Shown: one piece after another, positions 1-11,975 of the stretch
Layout: each line of letters opens with the position of its first letter
How positions within the stretch are numbered: the first letter of the stretch is position 1
DNA from: Hemiscyllium ocellatum
Lineage: Eukaryota
DNA length: 64,000 nt
Direction: 5' to 3'
Assembly: GCF_020745735.1 (NCBI RefSeq)
Contig: NC_083429.1
Location: 55,843,877-55,907,876 of the forward strand
Made by a program: the position numbers and the translations under genes
The notes under the pieces: model-generated
The model's database searches: none
The model's input: only the letters and a program-made list of their open reading frames with translations
What the model was told of the DNA's origin: nothing

Positions 1-184
1 GCTATCCTAGCAGTAAGTGCAGAATTAGATGGTTTTACACCATAGAGATGGCTACTGTACGGAGACTGGTCCTATTCTTAAACTGTGCTCAGTGATCCCA
101 GTCTGTATTCATTGGCTCCAAACAACGTGCCCAAGCGGTATCTGGTTGATGATAACACATTTTGGATACTGACTATTGTATATT

Positions 185-500
185 GGGGAGGCACGGTGGC
201 TCAGTAGTTAGCACTGCTGCCTCACAGCGCCAGGGTCCCAGGTTCGATTCTAGCTGTAGGCAACTATCTGCGTGAGTTTGCACATTCTCCCCGTGTCTGT
301 GTGGGTTTCCCCCAGGTGGTCCGGTTTCCTTCCACATTCCAAAGATGTGCAGGTCAGGTGAATTGGCAATGTTAAATTGCCCATAGTTGTTATGGTGCAT
401 TAGTCAGAGGGAAAATGGGTCTGGGTGAGTTACTCTTCGGAGGGTCACTGGACTGAAGGACCAAAGGACCTGTTTCCACACTGTAGGGAATCTAATCTAA
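185..500 (+). mobile_element. HE1-type tRNA-derived V-SINE
   Basis: A/B-box head (ggtggctcagtagttagc...ggttcgattc), V-domain gtttgcacattctccccgtgtctg, CR1-derived tail ending (aatct)n. Confidence 0.88.
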
Positions 501-1117
501 TGTAATAATGAGTAACCATGACAACGGCTGACATAGCACTGTGGTCAGGCTACAAGGTACAGGCACAGCTCTCATCTCTATATTACTAAAAAGAACATGA
601 AGAAACACTTGAGAAGTGCAAACAAGATTTAAGAATGAAAAAGTTACCTATCAGAAAGTTGAATACATTGGGACATTTTTCTTTAAAAAGGCTGAGAGAG
701 AGAGAGAAGTTGACACAAATAGATAGAAAGGAAACTAAAGGAGTAATCGAGGAAGAGAAAGATCTGTTGAAATAAAGAACAAAAATAAAGGATGACAATG
801 GGAAAAAGGAGCCTGGTGGAATACAAATACCAGCATAAACGAGCTGGACCAAGTGGCCTGCTGCTGGGTTGTATTTTAGATGTACTTCAAGAAAATTATA
901 TATTGACACTTCAACAAAACCATTTTTTTAAAAATCGAAGTGCCTGTGGAGAGAGCAGCCGCGATCTTATTGAGAAACAGGTTCGAGGGACTGAATGGCT
1001 GACTCCTGTTTCTAATTTCTATGTACACAAGTAGAAAGCAGACACAGGCACTATTGACTAATGGCTTTCTCTGTTACATATTTATAAAGTTCTGTGTAAG
1101 GAGCTTTGAAAAGCAAT

Positions 1118-1126
1118 AAAGGATAC
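1118..1126 (-). other. U12-type (minor spliceosome) 5' splice site
   Basis: The intron starts GTATCCTTT, the U12 donor consensus. Confidence 0.85.
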
Positions 1127-1202
1127 AATATCCTTGAATTCCAGGTGAGGAAATCTCCGTCTTAGCTGCGCAGCTCGTCGTAGGGAACTAGTTCCCACTA
1201 TA
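1127..1202 (-). CDS. HMBS: HMBS exon equivalent to human exon 9 ([25 protein letters not shown]); the gene continues beyond the window start
   Basis: 76 nt; GTSSLRR motif; followed by a GTATCCTTT donor. Confidence 0.98.
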
Positions 1203-1372
1203 CTGTAAACAGACCAGAGAGAGGGAGATGAGAACATTGCACTCAAAACCAACACCTTCCCTGGAATGTAAGAAATCTCATCCAACAATTCCAAAATGAG
1301 AGTTGGCTTTTTCTGCAGTCCTGTAAGATTAGTTATTCCACAATAAAGCACACAGCTGGCTCAGTAGCTCAC

Positions 1373-1450
1373 CTTCTCCCCGGCAGAGTGTCCAGGGATT
1401 TATCTGCATGGCTCGGGTGCAGAACAACAGCATCAAAGGGAATTTCACGT
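1373..1450 (-). CDS. HMBS: HMBS exon equivalent to human exon 8 (REIPFDAVVLHPSHADKSLDTLPGRS)
   Basis: 78 nt; RExPxDAVV motif; ttgcag acceptor and gtgagc donor. Confidence 0.96.
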
Positions 1451-1898
1451 CTGCAACAAGACAGTTGAGAATACAAATCAAAGCTCATCTCTGCACACTG
1501 TCTGTAGTTTATTTGCAATGACAATAGCAGTTTCACTGCTTGGGGAAAGTCCCAGTCAGCACTCGCTGGTTATTGGAAAGGGGAAAATGAAAAGGGGACA
1601 ATATGTCCAAAGAGAATTGCTATTGAGTGAGACAACTATGAAATGTTAAGCTCTGTAAAGATGGACACTTCTTTAGCATCTCAATATCAGCTGTATAAAC
1701 TGAAGGGACTCTCCTCACAACCGACTTCAGATTTAGATTCAGAAGTACACCAACCCCATCAAACACTCCCCACCCCCAGGTACGATACAGCATGAGATTA
1801 GATACAGTGTAACATTCAGCTGGACTCTGGAGGCTTGTTTTGACAAAGAAAATAACTTGTATAAACCCTCACTAACATTCTTATCTGAAAACACTCAC

Positions 1899-1976
1899 TT
1901 GCAGATGGCTCCAATTGTAAACCCTGGAGGGAGTGTAGTTGGCAGATCTTTTAGAGAGTGAACTACCAGGTCAACT
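1899..1976 (-). CDS. HMBS: HMBS exon equivalent to human exon 7 ([26 protein letters not shown])
   Basis: 78 nt; catalytic HSLKD motif; gcag acceptor and gtgagt donor. Confidence 0.98.
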
Positions 1977-2141
1977 CTGCAAGACAGCAATTGCATGTGA
2001 AGTGCAGCAGTAAAACAGTTAAGACGACAGAACCAAAGGTAAAGTAATCAGGAACATCCTTCCTCCATTTACGAAGTCTAGTCCCGCCAGAATTTTATAG
2101 GTTTGAGAATCCTCCCTCATTCTTCTAACCTCCAGTGAGTA

Positions 2142-2465
2142 CAGGTACAGAACCCTTTATCTGAAATCCGTGAGCCAGCTGTTTTTCCGATTTTGGAATT
2201 TTTTTAGATTTCGGAATAAATGACATTTTCTCAGTGAAATAAAAAAACATATTACCCAACTGCACTCGCACTTGGGAGTAAGACACAATTTTCACCTGCC
2301 AGTGCTGAGCCACGCCGCCGTGTCACATCTCAGTAACGTGGTTCCACTGGGTGTGGAGTTGGGTCACGTGTTTGCCGCCAAAATGATGCTCCACACTCCA
2401 CAAAAACATTTCAGATTTCAGAACTTTTCGGATTTTGGAATTTCGGATAAAGGATTGTGTACCTG
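2142..2465. mobile_element. Tc1/mariner (Tigger/pogo-like) MITE
   Basis: Imperfect terminal inverted repeats CAGGTACAGAACCCTTTATCTGAAAT / ATTTCGGATAAAGGATTGTGTACCTG, flanked by TA on both sides. Confidence 0.8.
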
Positions 2466-2864
2466 TATATCCTAATCAATCCAGTTTCTCTTCATACATC
2501 AGAAATCAATCTGGCAAGCCTTTGCTGCATGCCCTCCAGAGTAACAACTTTTTAAAACTGGCTAAAGGAGTAAAAGTAAACTAGGAAATAGTTTGCGTCC
2601 TCTCGAGATTCGAGCACATAACTCAGGCTAGCATTTCAGTGCCGTTCCTAGGGCATGGATTATTTTTTAAAATAGTCAGATGTGGCACCCACTTTCAAAA
2701 GCAATAAAGGCAAGAACTCATTTGCCCTCTGGATGGGTGAAAATGGTGCCGTCGTACTATTTCAGAGAACAGCAACATCACCAAAATATATTACAATCAT
2801 TACCATGCAGTTTGTGGGATCTTGCTGTGTAAATTTGGTTGCTGCCTTTCTTACGTTACAATAA

Positions 2865-3066
2865 GAGTCGGTAAAGTATAGTGCTGGAAAAAGCAGATCA
2901 AGTCAGGCAGTATCTGAGGAGCTTGACCCTTCACCATTCCTGATGAAGAGCTTATGCCCAACACATCAACCTCTTGCTCCTCAGATGCTGCCTGACTTGA
3001 CGTGAGTTTTCCGGCACCAGACGTAATCGACACTGACTTCTCAAGTATGTGCAGTCCACACTATCT
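2865..3066. mobile_element. Palindromic PLE-derived short element (decayed hammerhead), inserted in an older SINE remnant
   Basis: Inverted arms around cctgatgaagagcttatgccc; TSD CTTACGTTA(C/T)AATAA at 2850-2864 and 3067-3081. Confidence 0.7.
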
Positions 3067-3472
3067 CTTACGTTATAATAATGATGGTATAGATAATGAA
3101 GTGCTTTGAAGTCCTTAGGGACTCAGGATGAGCTGAGATTGTTTTCCCTCTTACCCCGTATTAACACTGTGGAGACTCCCCAGGCCTGTCCAGCTGTCAG
3201 GCTATCTGTTTGAGGGGACAGCCAAGCCCTTACTCCACTATCTCATCCAAAGGCTGGCACCCGTGCCACTCTCCCTGCAGCATCAGTGTGTGCTCAAGTC
3301 TGTGGAATGGAACTCAATCTTGTGGCTGCCAGACAAGGGTGTTCCCCACGGTGAAGCAGCTGACAATCATATTAAATAACAGCCAAGAGGAAATATTTTA
3401 CAAAGCACGACTCCCAATATAAAATCAACAGCATTGTGAATGACAGATAGATAAACACCCAGGAATTCATAC

Positions 3473-3528
3473 TCATTTTTCTCCAATGCAGTTTCCAGCT
3501 CCTTTGTGAACAGGCTCTTCTCTCCAAT
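3473..3528 (-). CDS. HMBS: HMBS exon equivalent to human exon 6 (IGEKSLFTKELETALEKNE)
   Basis: 56 nt; GEKSLFTKELE motif; AG/GT boundaries. Confidence 0.97.
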
Positions 3529-3867
3529 CTAACAGAGAGAAATCAAAACCTGGGTTAATGATGTCAACCTGGTGCATGTATATCTCTCCCCTACTCCTGC
3601 TCCTCACTCACCTTATAGCAGTGATGTATGGACAGAGACCCACAACATACTGAAGAACCTAAAATAAGTCCACCTGACACTACGGAGAGTAGATGTGAAA
3701 TGGGGTGGACGGGAATCAGATTACCTTAAAACTGACACACATTTAGTTGTCTTTGTTATCTTTATGGAAATCAGCTAATTACAAAATATTTTAGTGTCTA
3801 CATTTGAAGTTACAAAATTGAAAAATGCTCCACTGAAAGCATAGTTTGTCAATAACAAACATTCTTA

Positions 3868-4412
3868 CACAAGGTACAGAACAGGGTTAGACACAGAGTA
3901 AAGCTCCTTCTCCTCTTTTAAACTAAAAAGAGAACTCTCTCCCCATTCCCCCCTTCAAGCAATCCCAGGACAGGTACAGCACAGGCTTTGAATCAAAGTC
4001 AAGCCTCCTCTACTCTTTTAAACTGGAAGTAAAACTTCCTTGACACTATTCCCAAACACACTCTAACCTTTTAAACTAAAAGTAAGCTCGAAGTAAAGTT
4101 CCCTGGACTCCGGCCCCATCAAACACTGCCAGGACAATAACAGCACTGGTTCAAACACAGAGTAAAACTCCCTCTGCTCTTAAACAGAAATAAACATCCC
4201 TCAAGAGTGCTGAAAGGAACCACCCCCAGGACAAGGACAGCATGGCATTCAATGCAGAGTAAAGCACCGTCTACTCTTCCAATCTTAAAGTAAAGCTGCC
4301 TTTACTCTTTTAAACAAAGTAAAGCTACCTCAACACTGTCCACATCTAACACTCCCAGGACAGGGTCAGCATAGAGTTAGGTACGGTGTAAGGCTTTCTC
4401 TACACTGCCCCA
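3868..4412 (+). repeat. Degenerate tandem array of a dispersed repeat (caggtacagcacagggttagatacagagtaaagctccctctacactgtccccatcaaacactccca-like)
   Basis: About 5 diverged units; related copies near 1730-1830 (+) and 54640-54810 (-). Confidence 0.7.
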
Positions 4413-4502
4413 TTTAAAGGGCTGAATTCAAGGATAATTGCATGACAGACACCATTTTACAGCAATTTACAAAATTGCATAATGAAAGAAAATAAGAGAT
4501 AC

Positions 4503-4552
4503 CTTTGAGAGCGCTGTATCCAAAATTTTGTCCCCAGTGGTTGTCATAGCAA
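4503..4552 (-). CDS. HMBS: HMBS exon equivalent to human exon 5 (IAMTTTGDKILDTALSK)
   Basis: 50 nt; TTGDKILD motif; AG/GT boundaries. Confidence 0.96.
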
Positions 4553-5309
4553 CTGCATTGATAAAAAAAAAGTATTATTCCAGGGTATTCAGCATCAGTT
4601 TAGGGAAAACACCAAGCTCACATCCATCTGACCTGGTGGGTGTAGCAATGCCATCTCCTGATTGCAGATCCCTCCCGAGCTGACGGACAGACCCTCTACC
4701 CAGCCTCTGTACCCTGGTTGGGTACACCCCCACTTCCCCCACCCTGGGTCATTATCCCTGCACAGCCCTGGGCGATTATGTCCCATCTCACCCCACCCAG
4801 TCAGCAGTACCACAACCACAATATGGGCCAATCCCTACCACCCGGACCCCGGTCAATCTCCCCGGCTCAGGCTGGACCCTGGTCAGCCTAACTTCAACAC
4901 AAGGTCAAAAATATCCATAGGCCAATTCCAGAAAAATTATAAAATTTCTCCAATTTGTGAGGCAAAGCAAGAACCCTCCAGACTGCCACCCACAGAGCAT
5001 CACAAAATGTATTAAACCAACCTCACCACCCATTCCTGCTCTCAGCTGTGAGGTCCAATTACCTCAATCAGACAGGTCACACACTCCTGTTTTATTTTTC
5101 TGTCCTGTAATAGCCCATTCATCAAACATTGACCCTGTAGCTTCTTAAAATTTGTAACACTTTCCTCTTTCAGCATCCCCTGGGTTTGCTATTCTGCAGC
5201 TTAATCAATCCAGTGCAAATTAGGTACACAGTCACCCAGGAACAGGCTCTTTAGTCCATGATACCATGCTGGCCATCGAACAAGTCAAATACTGCCTTCT
5301 CTGCACTTA

Positions 5310-5740
5310 AGAGTCATAGAGCTGTACGGCACGGGAACACACCCTTCGGTCCAGCTCGGCCATGCTGACCAGATATCCTAAACTAATCTAGTGCCATGTG
5401 CCAGCACTTGGCCCATATCCCTCTAAACCCTTCCTATTCGTATACCCATTCAGCTGCCTTTTAAATGCTGTAATTGTACCAGCCCCCACCACTTCCTCAC
5501 GCAGCTCATTCCATACACGCACCATCCTTTGAAAAAATTGTCCTTTAGGTGCCTTTTAAATCTTTCCCCTCTCACCCTAAACCTATGCCCTCTAGTTCTG
5601 GACTCCCCCACCCCAGGGAAAAGACCTTGTCTATTTACCCTCTCCATGCCCCTTAGATTTTATAAGCCACTATAAGGTCGCCCCTCAGCCTCCAACACTC
5701 CAGAGAAAACAGCCCCAGCCTATTCAGCCTCTCCCTTTAG
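5310..5740 (-). mobile_element. HER1/CR1 LINE 3' fragment
   Basis: RT C-terminal remnant (LFPGVGESRTRGHRF) plus the 3' tail. Confidence 0.9.
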
Positions 5741-6309
5741 CTTCTCTAATCTCAAATTTGTATGTTTAGTTTGAAAACTCTGGCCTGGGAAAGGGTCTCT
5801 CGTATATTCACCAGTGATGTCAGAGCTTAAGGGATTATCATATTAATCCATGTCAGATAAATTTGTTTTCTATTTTCTATAAATGGTAGTTCAGAGGTGA
5901 TCAGATTGAGGTGATTAAAATGATGAAAAGATTTGATAGGGTAAACAGGAAGAAACGCTTCCAACAATGGGATGTGCAGAACAAGAAGGGGACAACATTA
6001 AAATGAGAACTCAGCCTCCCAGGAGTAACATGAGCACATAGCAGAAATGAAAACCGCCCCCCCCCCCTCAAAGGTTATAGATTCGCAGATTCCATTGGAG
6101 CTTTTAAAGCTGGGACTGAGACTGATGCTGGACAAAAGCATCAATGAACAGATGGGGCACAGAGCAGTTTTGATGAGTGAAGGAACAGGCCTCTTTCTGC
6201 TGTTTTCAATACTATGTTTATGTTTTAGGGTCTAATTTATCCACTCACCAAAAAATGTCAATTTGATCCCTTCATCCTTTTTAAACTGTTGCTTTTATAG
6301 TATCTTAGG

Positions 6310-6588
6310 GAAGGCAGCAGCCGAGAGGTGTTATCACAAGACCCATTAATCCAGAGACCCTGCAACGTTCTGGTCTCCTGTGTTCAATCCCACAATAGCA
6401 AGTGATGGAATTTCAATTCCTGAAATCTGGAATTTGGAAAAACTGATTTGTCTTTAGGGAAGCAAACTGCATCCTGAGCCGTTCTGCCTCCGTGACTCCA
6501 GACCCACAGCTGGTTCTGCAAAGTCCTCTCGCCAGTTAGGGATGGGTAATAAATGCTGGTCTAGACAGTGATGTCCACAATCCATGAA
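6310..6588 (+). mobile_element. tRNA-headed SINE sharing both ends with the LINE at 32735-36850
   Basis: attaatccagagaccc head, ccagacccacagc body, agggatgggtaataaatgctgg tail. Confidence 0.65.
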
Positions 6589-6786
6589 GGGAGACAGTGA
6601 GGACTGCAGATGCTGGAGATCAGAGTCGGAGAGTGTGGTGCTGGAAAAGCACAGCCGATCAGGCAGCATCTGAGGAGCAGGAGAATTGATGTTTCAAGCA
6701 TTCCTGATGAAGAGCTTTTACTTGAAACGTTGACTCATCTGCTCCTTGGATGCTGCCTGACCAGCTGTGCTTTTCCAGCACCACGT
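6589..6786. mobile_element. Palindromic PLE-derived short element with hammerhead-like core
   Basis: gtggtgctggaaaagcacagc ... cctgatgaagagcttttacttgaaacgtt ... gctgtgcttttccagcaccac. Confidence 0.75.
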
Positions 6787-6912
6787 AATTCCTGAAAGGT
6801 ATGTATAGTCTTCCCTCATTCAGTCTGGGTTTCCAACCATAATTATCAACCCAACTATTGTATCCTCCATATCAGGATATTTTCCCTGATTCCCCAAGCA
6901 ACCAGTACTTAC

Positions 6913-6985
6913 TGATTTCAAGTTGCGTGTTTGGATAACATTGCTTCAGCATGTCTGTCACGAAGCCAGTCTGAGTCCGAGCAAG
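6913..6985 (-). CDS. HMBS: HMBS exon equivalent to human exon 4 (LARTQTGFVTDMLKQCYPNTQLEI)
   Basis: 73 nt, same size as the human exon; cccag acceptor and gtaagt donor. Confidence 0.95.
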
Positions 6986-7475
6986 CTGGGAAAAGCAAAA
7001 CCCAGATCAATCAGATTTCTCTCTCTCTCTCTCTCACACACACTCACACACCCACACACAGACACCCACAGACACACACCATCTGCCTGAGGTGAGAAAC
7101 CCAACAGGCACACCCATTTCTGCACATGGGGCAGTTTTTGCTCTGAGACAACAAAAACTGGCAACTTGAAAGCACCACCATTTTCTTGGGGAAGCAATGA
7201 CAGATTGTGGGTGTCAGGGACATCAACCTCCCGAGACTGAATGAACATAAGCTCCAAGCTAGACTTAAAAAGGAGCTGCATTTGCTGCTGCAAGGACCAT
7301 TGTCTAATTCAGAGTACCGTTAAACATAACGCTAGATTATACTCTTTTGCGTTGAGATTGAATAGGGGAAATATGAAGTAACATTTTCCAGTTTTTTTGG
7401 GGTATTATCAAAGGGACAAAAGCTGTAAATTAGGTGAAGCTGTCACCATGATGATGCTAAACTAAACCTGTTATA

Positions 7476-8965
7476 TAGTCAGAGATGTACAGCATGGAAA
7501 CAGACCCTTCAGTCCAACCCGTCCATGCCGACCAGATATCCCAACCCAATCTAGTCCCACCTGCCAGCACCCGGCCCATATCCCTCCAAACCCTTCCTAG
7601 TCATACACCCATCCACATGCCTTTTAAATGTTGCAATTGTACCAGCCTCCACCACTTCCTCTGGTAGCTCATTCCATACACGTACCACCACCCTCTGTGT
7701 GAAAACATTGCCCCTTAGGTCGCTTTTATATCTTTCCCCTCTCACCCTAAACCTATGCTCCCTAGCTTTGGACTCCCTCACCCCAGGGAAAAGACCTTAT
7801 TTACCCGACTTATCCTATCCGTGACCCTCATGATTTTATAATCCTTTGGAAGGTCACCCCTCAGCCTCTGACGCTCCAGGGAAAACAGCCCCAGCCTATT
7901 CAACCTCTCCCTATAGCTCAAATTCTCCAACCCTGGCAACATCCTTGTAAATCTTTTCTGAACCCTTTCACGTTTCACAACATCTTTCCGATAGGAAGGT
8001 GACCAGAATTGCACACTTTATTCCAAAAGTGGCCTAACCAATGTCCTGTACAGCCACAACATGGCCTCCCAACTCCTGTACTCAATACTTCGTTCAATAA
8101 AGGAAAGGATATCAAACGCCTTCTTCACTATCCTATCTTCTTGCAACTCCACTTTCAAGGAGCTATGAACCTGCACTCCAAGGTCTCTTTGTTCAGTAAC
8201 ACACCCTCGGGCCTTACCATTGAGTGTATAAGTCCTCCCCTGATTTGCCTTTCCAAAATGCAGCACTTCACATTTATCTAAATTAAACTCCATCTGCCAC
8301 TCCTCAGCCCAATGGCTCATCTGATTGAGATCCCATTGTAAACCAAAGTAACCTTCTTCGCTGTCCACTACACCTCCAATTTTGGTGTCATCGGCAAACT
8401 TACTAACTAGACCTCCTATGTTCACATCCAAATCATTTTACATAAATGACGAAAAGTAGTGGACCCAGCACCAATCCTTGGGGCACACCACTGGTCATAG
8501 GCCTCCAGTCTGAAAATCAACCCTCCACCACCCTCTGTCTTCTACCTTCAAGCCAGTTCTGTATCTAAATGGCTAGTTCTCCCTGGATTCCATGAGATCT
8601 AACCTTCCCATGAGGAACCTTGTCAAACACCTTACTGAAGTCCATATAGATCACGTCCACCACTCTGCTCTCATCGATCCTCTTTGTTACTTCTTCAAAA
8701 AATTAAATCAAGTTCATGAGACATGAATTCCCTTGCACAAAGCCATGTTGACCATCCTTAATCAGTTCCTGCCTTTCCAAATGTATGTAAATCCTGTCCC
8801 TCAGGATTCCCTCCAACAACTTGCCCACTTCTGATGTCAGGCTCACCGGTCTGTAGTTCCCTGGCTTTTCCCTACCGCCTTTCTTAAATAATGGAACCAC
8901 ATTAACCAACCTCCAGTCTTCTGGCACATAAAGTGCGACTATTGATGATACAAATATCTCAGCAA
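7476..8965 (-). mobile_element. HER1/CR1 LINE, 5'-truncated and degenerate RT
   Basis: ORF fragments with PGNYRPVSLTS, SKFADDTKIGG and RRLRGDL-like motifs; 3' tail at the low-coordinate end. Confidence 0.95.
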
Positions 8966-9287
8966 GTCTATGCATCCTGGGTGTTAATAACTAATGCTCA
9001 ATCCTGGGTAACTATTGTGATTACTGAGTTTAATATTTGCAGTGGTTTCCAGTACACGGTGATGAGCTGAGGGTGTTCTGTGAAACAGGAGTGGCAGTGA
9101 GAGATGGGGTGGCAGATCTCTGGCGCCAGGATACTCTGGGTCTACTCTGTGCCTCACACTGCAGCAGGAGTCTGATGTCAGATCAAGAAAAGTGAAACAG
9201 CTGTTATGCATGTGTAGAAATTCCTGCTGAAACTTCTAAAGTAGCATTTCAGGAGTCATTGATGGGAGAATTCCCAGAACAAAGACA

Positions 9288-9415
9288 CTTATCTGGATGG
9301 TCCACCTGCCCCACTCTGGGTTTTATCATGTTACACCCCCTCCCACAATTCTCACCACAGTGACTCAGCTACAAACTGACAGAGTTCTGCTGATCTGGAT
9401 AAGTGACAAGGATAA
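9288..9415. promoter_or_regulatory. Putative erythroid enhancer in an HMBS intron
   Basis: CAGGTG-N9-GATAAG on the minus strand (9308-9288), TTATCA 9323-9328, CACCC 9334-9338, TGACTCAGC 9361-9369 and GATAA at 9398 and 9411. Confidence 0.6.
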
Positions 9416-9679
9416 AGGAGTAACCCAGTACCCTCACACACACTGTCCCTGCTGATTCAAGTGTCAATCCACACATTTAAGCTATTGTGCTGCACATTGA
9501 AAATGTGAGCCCACAAAAACCTATTCAGTATTGAAATAAAACCTTAACCTTTGGGGGAAAAGCAAACCAAAGGAACTCTGAAAATGGTTTTTAACAAAGA
9601 AAACCTGCAGTGGATAAAATTCAGCATAGCTGATCTTCAACTGGCTGGAAAATTTTTCAGATACAAGTTTATAACTTAC

Positions 9680-9742
9680 CTGGCTCTTTCTTGTTCCAAC
9701 TCGGATGATTCTAGAAGAGTTCTCATTGTGAGCAGCAGAGTT
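9680..9742 (-). CDS. HMBS: HMBS exon equivalent to human exon 3 (NSAAHNENSSRIIRVGTRKSQ)
   Basis: Conserved IRVGTRKSQ motif, tcatctag acceptor and CAG|gtaagt donor; 63 nt. Confidence 0.93.
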
Positions 9743-10979
9743 CTAGATGAGACAGTACGAAAGAAATGACAAACTCATTGATGACCAAAACAACCCAACT
9801 TCTGAACATGTGCAGCTGTGATGCCAACACTTCACTGTGAAGACCTAATGCTATCAGCAAGCTGTTTAAAAAGCAAAAGCTGGCAACAAACTGGTTTTGC
9901 ATCTCAAGCCCATTTCTGAATTTTAGATTTACTGGGAAGGTGATTCCACTAAACACAATGTCAGGCCATACAAAATACAGTCACCCTTAACTGAGTATTT
10001 AGTCATGGGATGTAAATGGGTGTGAGGCAGAAGTTGTACATTTCAATTAATGATAAGCCTGAAAATAGTGCTGCTCCACATTGACCAGCATCTTAAATAT
10101 TCACCTTATTGATCTGTCTACTTCTCTGCATCATTTCGGGGTATTCAATAGAGTAACAGTAATGTCACAGGACAAGTCATCCAGAAGTTTCAAGTCTAGA
10201 TGACTCTTTATCAGAGCTGAAGAGTCATCGAGACACGAAATGTTACTTGCTTTCGCTCCATGGACACTTTCTGATCTACTGTGATCTCCAGCATTTTTTT
10301 GTTTTCAGTACAGATTCCAGCATCTGCAGTAATTTGCTCCTACTAAGTAATCCACAGGCTCAATTTGAATTCAAACTAAATTTAAAAAAGCACAAATCTG
10401 GAATGGAACAATTAGTCACGCTGACAATGATCATGAAGTTAACTTGAATTGCCATTTAAAATCAATTTGGTTTAATGCCTTTTTAAGGAAAGGAATCTAC
10501 TATCATTTCCTGATCTGGGCTACAGGTGACTCCAGACCTACAACAACGTGGGTGACTCTGAACTATCCTTTGAAATGGCTGAACAAGCCACTCAGTTCAA
10601 CAGCAATTACCGATGGGCAATGCCAGAAATGCCCATATCCCAGGAAAGAAAACAAATTAATTAATCTAGTAATTCTTCTGTTCAATATTGGGATTAAATC
10701 CCAGATTTAATGCAAAGGTTCCTGGGGACAGGATTCCACCCATGCTAACTGTAAAACAAGACAGACTGGATAATTATAATTAACATACAGACTCAAACCT
10801 CATTGCAGTGACCTGCTATCATGCTGGAACATAGTATGACCTTATTACCGATCTGAGTCTAGCTAAAACTAACATCTCCCATGTTCAGCTTTTCTTTACT
10901 GACATTGGCACTATCCCTTATTCCTTGATTTTTAAAAAAGTTTTTATAGAAGTCTACAGATCCCAATTTTGATCCGTAG

Positions 10980-11570
10980 ACAATCCATCCAAAACAAGCT
11001 TTCTTAGACTCTCCATGTGGACACACTGGTTACAAAGCCCCAACAACGTCCCTTCTTCCTCAGGCAGCTGAGAAGATGTGGCAGGATGGCAGATACCCTT
11101 GCCAACTTTTCTAGGTGCGCCATTGAGAGCATTTTGTCTGGATGTATCATGACCTGGTATGACAACTGTACCATTCAAGATCAGAGACAGTTACAGAGAG
11201 TGGTGAACTCGGCCCGGACAATCACAAAGGCCAACCTCCCATCTACAGAATCCATCTACCAGGCCCACTGTCAAGGAAAGGCCGCCAGCATTCTCAAAGA
11301 TCCACCCCACCCTGGCTATGTTTTTCTACAACTTCTACCATCGGGGAGAAGATACAGCAGCCCTGAACACACGCTCCAGCTGGTTTCAAAACAGTTGCTA
11401 TTGCACTGTTGTTAGAATACAGAATGGACTCTTAACATTCGCCTGTACCTGTGTTTTTGCCGCTGTTTAGCTATTATTTATTTAACTATGGTGATCTGCC
11501 TGTACTGCTCACAAGACAAAGCTTTTCACTGTGCCTCAGTACATATGACAATAAATTCAATTCAATTCAA
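10980..11570 (+). mobile_element. Rex1/Babar-like LINE 3' fragment
   Basis: ORF 11017-11415 (QQRPFFLRQLRR..NFSRCAIESILSGCI.TWY.NC...LQRVV); tail caataa(attca)n. Confidence 0.8.
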
Positions 11571-11699
11571 CAAACTCAAGACCAAGCCTACAACAAGGGC
11601 AGAAAATTCCAACCTTTTCAAACTTTTCCCTAGATTTGCTGAGTGCCAGTTTAAAATGGTTAGCATTCTCGGCTCTTCAGCACTGGAACATAGAAACAT

Positions 11700-11975
11700 A
11701 CAATGTCTACAGTTTGGAAGGCGGCCATCAAGTCCATACTGACTGTTCAATGACCATTTCACCCAGATCCAACCCTTATCCTATCCCTGTAACCTTGCAT
11801 TTCCCATGGCCAATTTACCTAACCTTTGGACTGAGGGAGGAGCACCCAGAGGAAACCCACACAGACACCAAGAGAATGTGCAAACTCCACACAGATAGTT
11901 GTCCAAGGGTGGAATTGAACCCAGGTCCTGGGTACTGTGAGGCAGCAGTGCTAACCACTGAGCCACTGTACTACC
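11700..11975 (-). mobile_element. HE1-type V-SINE
   Basis: Reverse complement of the tRNA head and V-domain. Confidence 0.85.

Noticed and set aside
185-260. tRNA-like A/B-box sequences (here and at other SINE heads)
   Set aside because: These are SINE heads followed by a V-domain and LINE tail, not tRNA genes.
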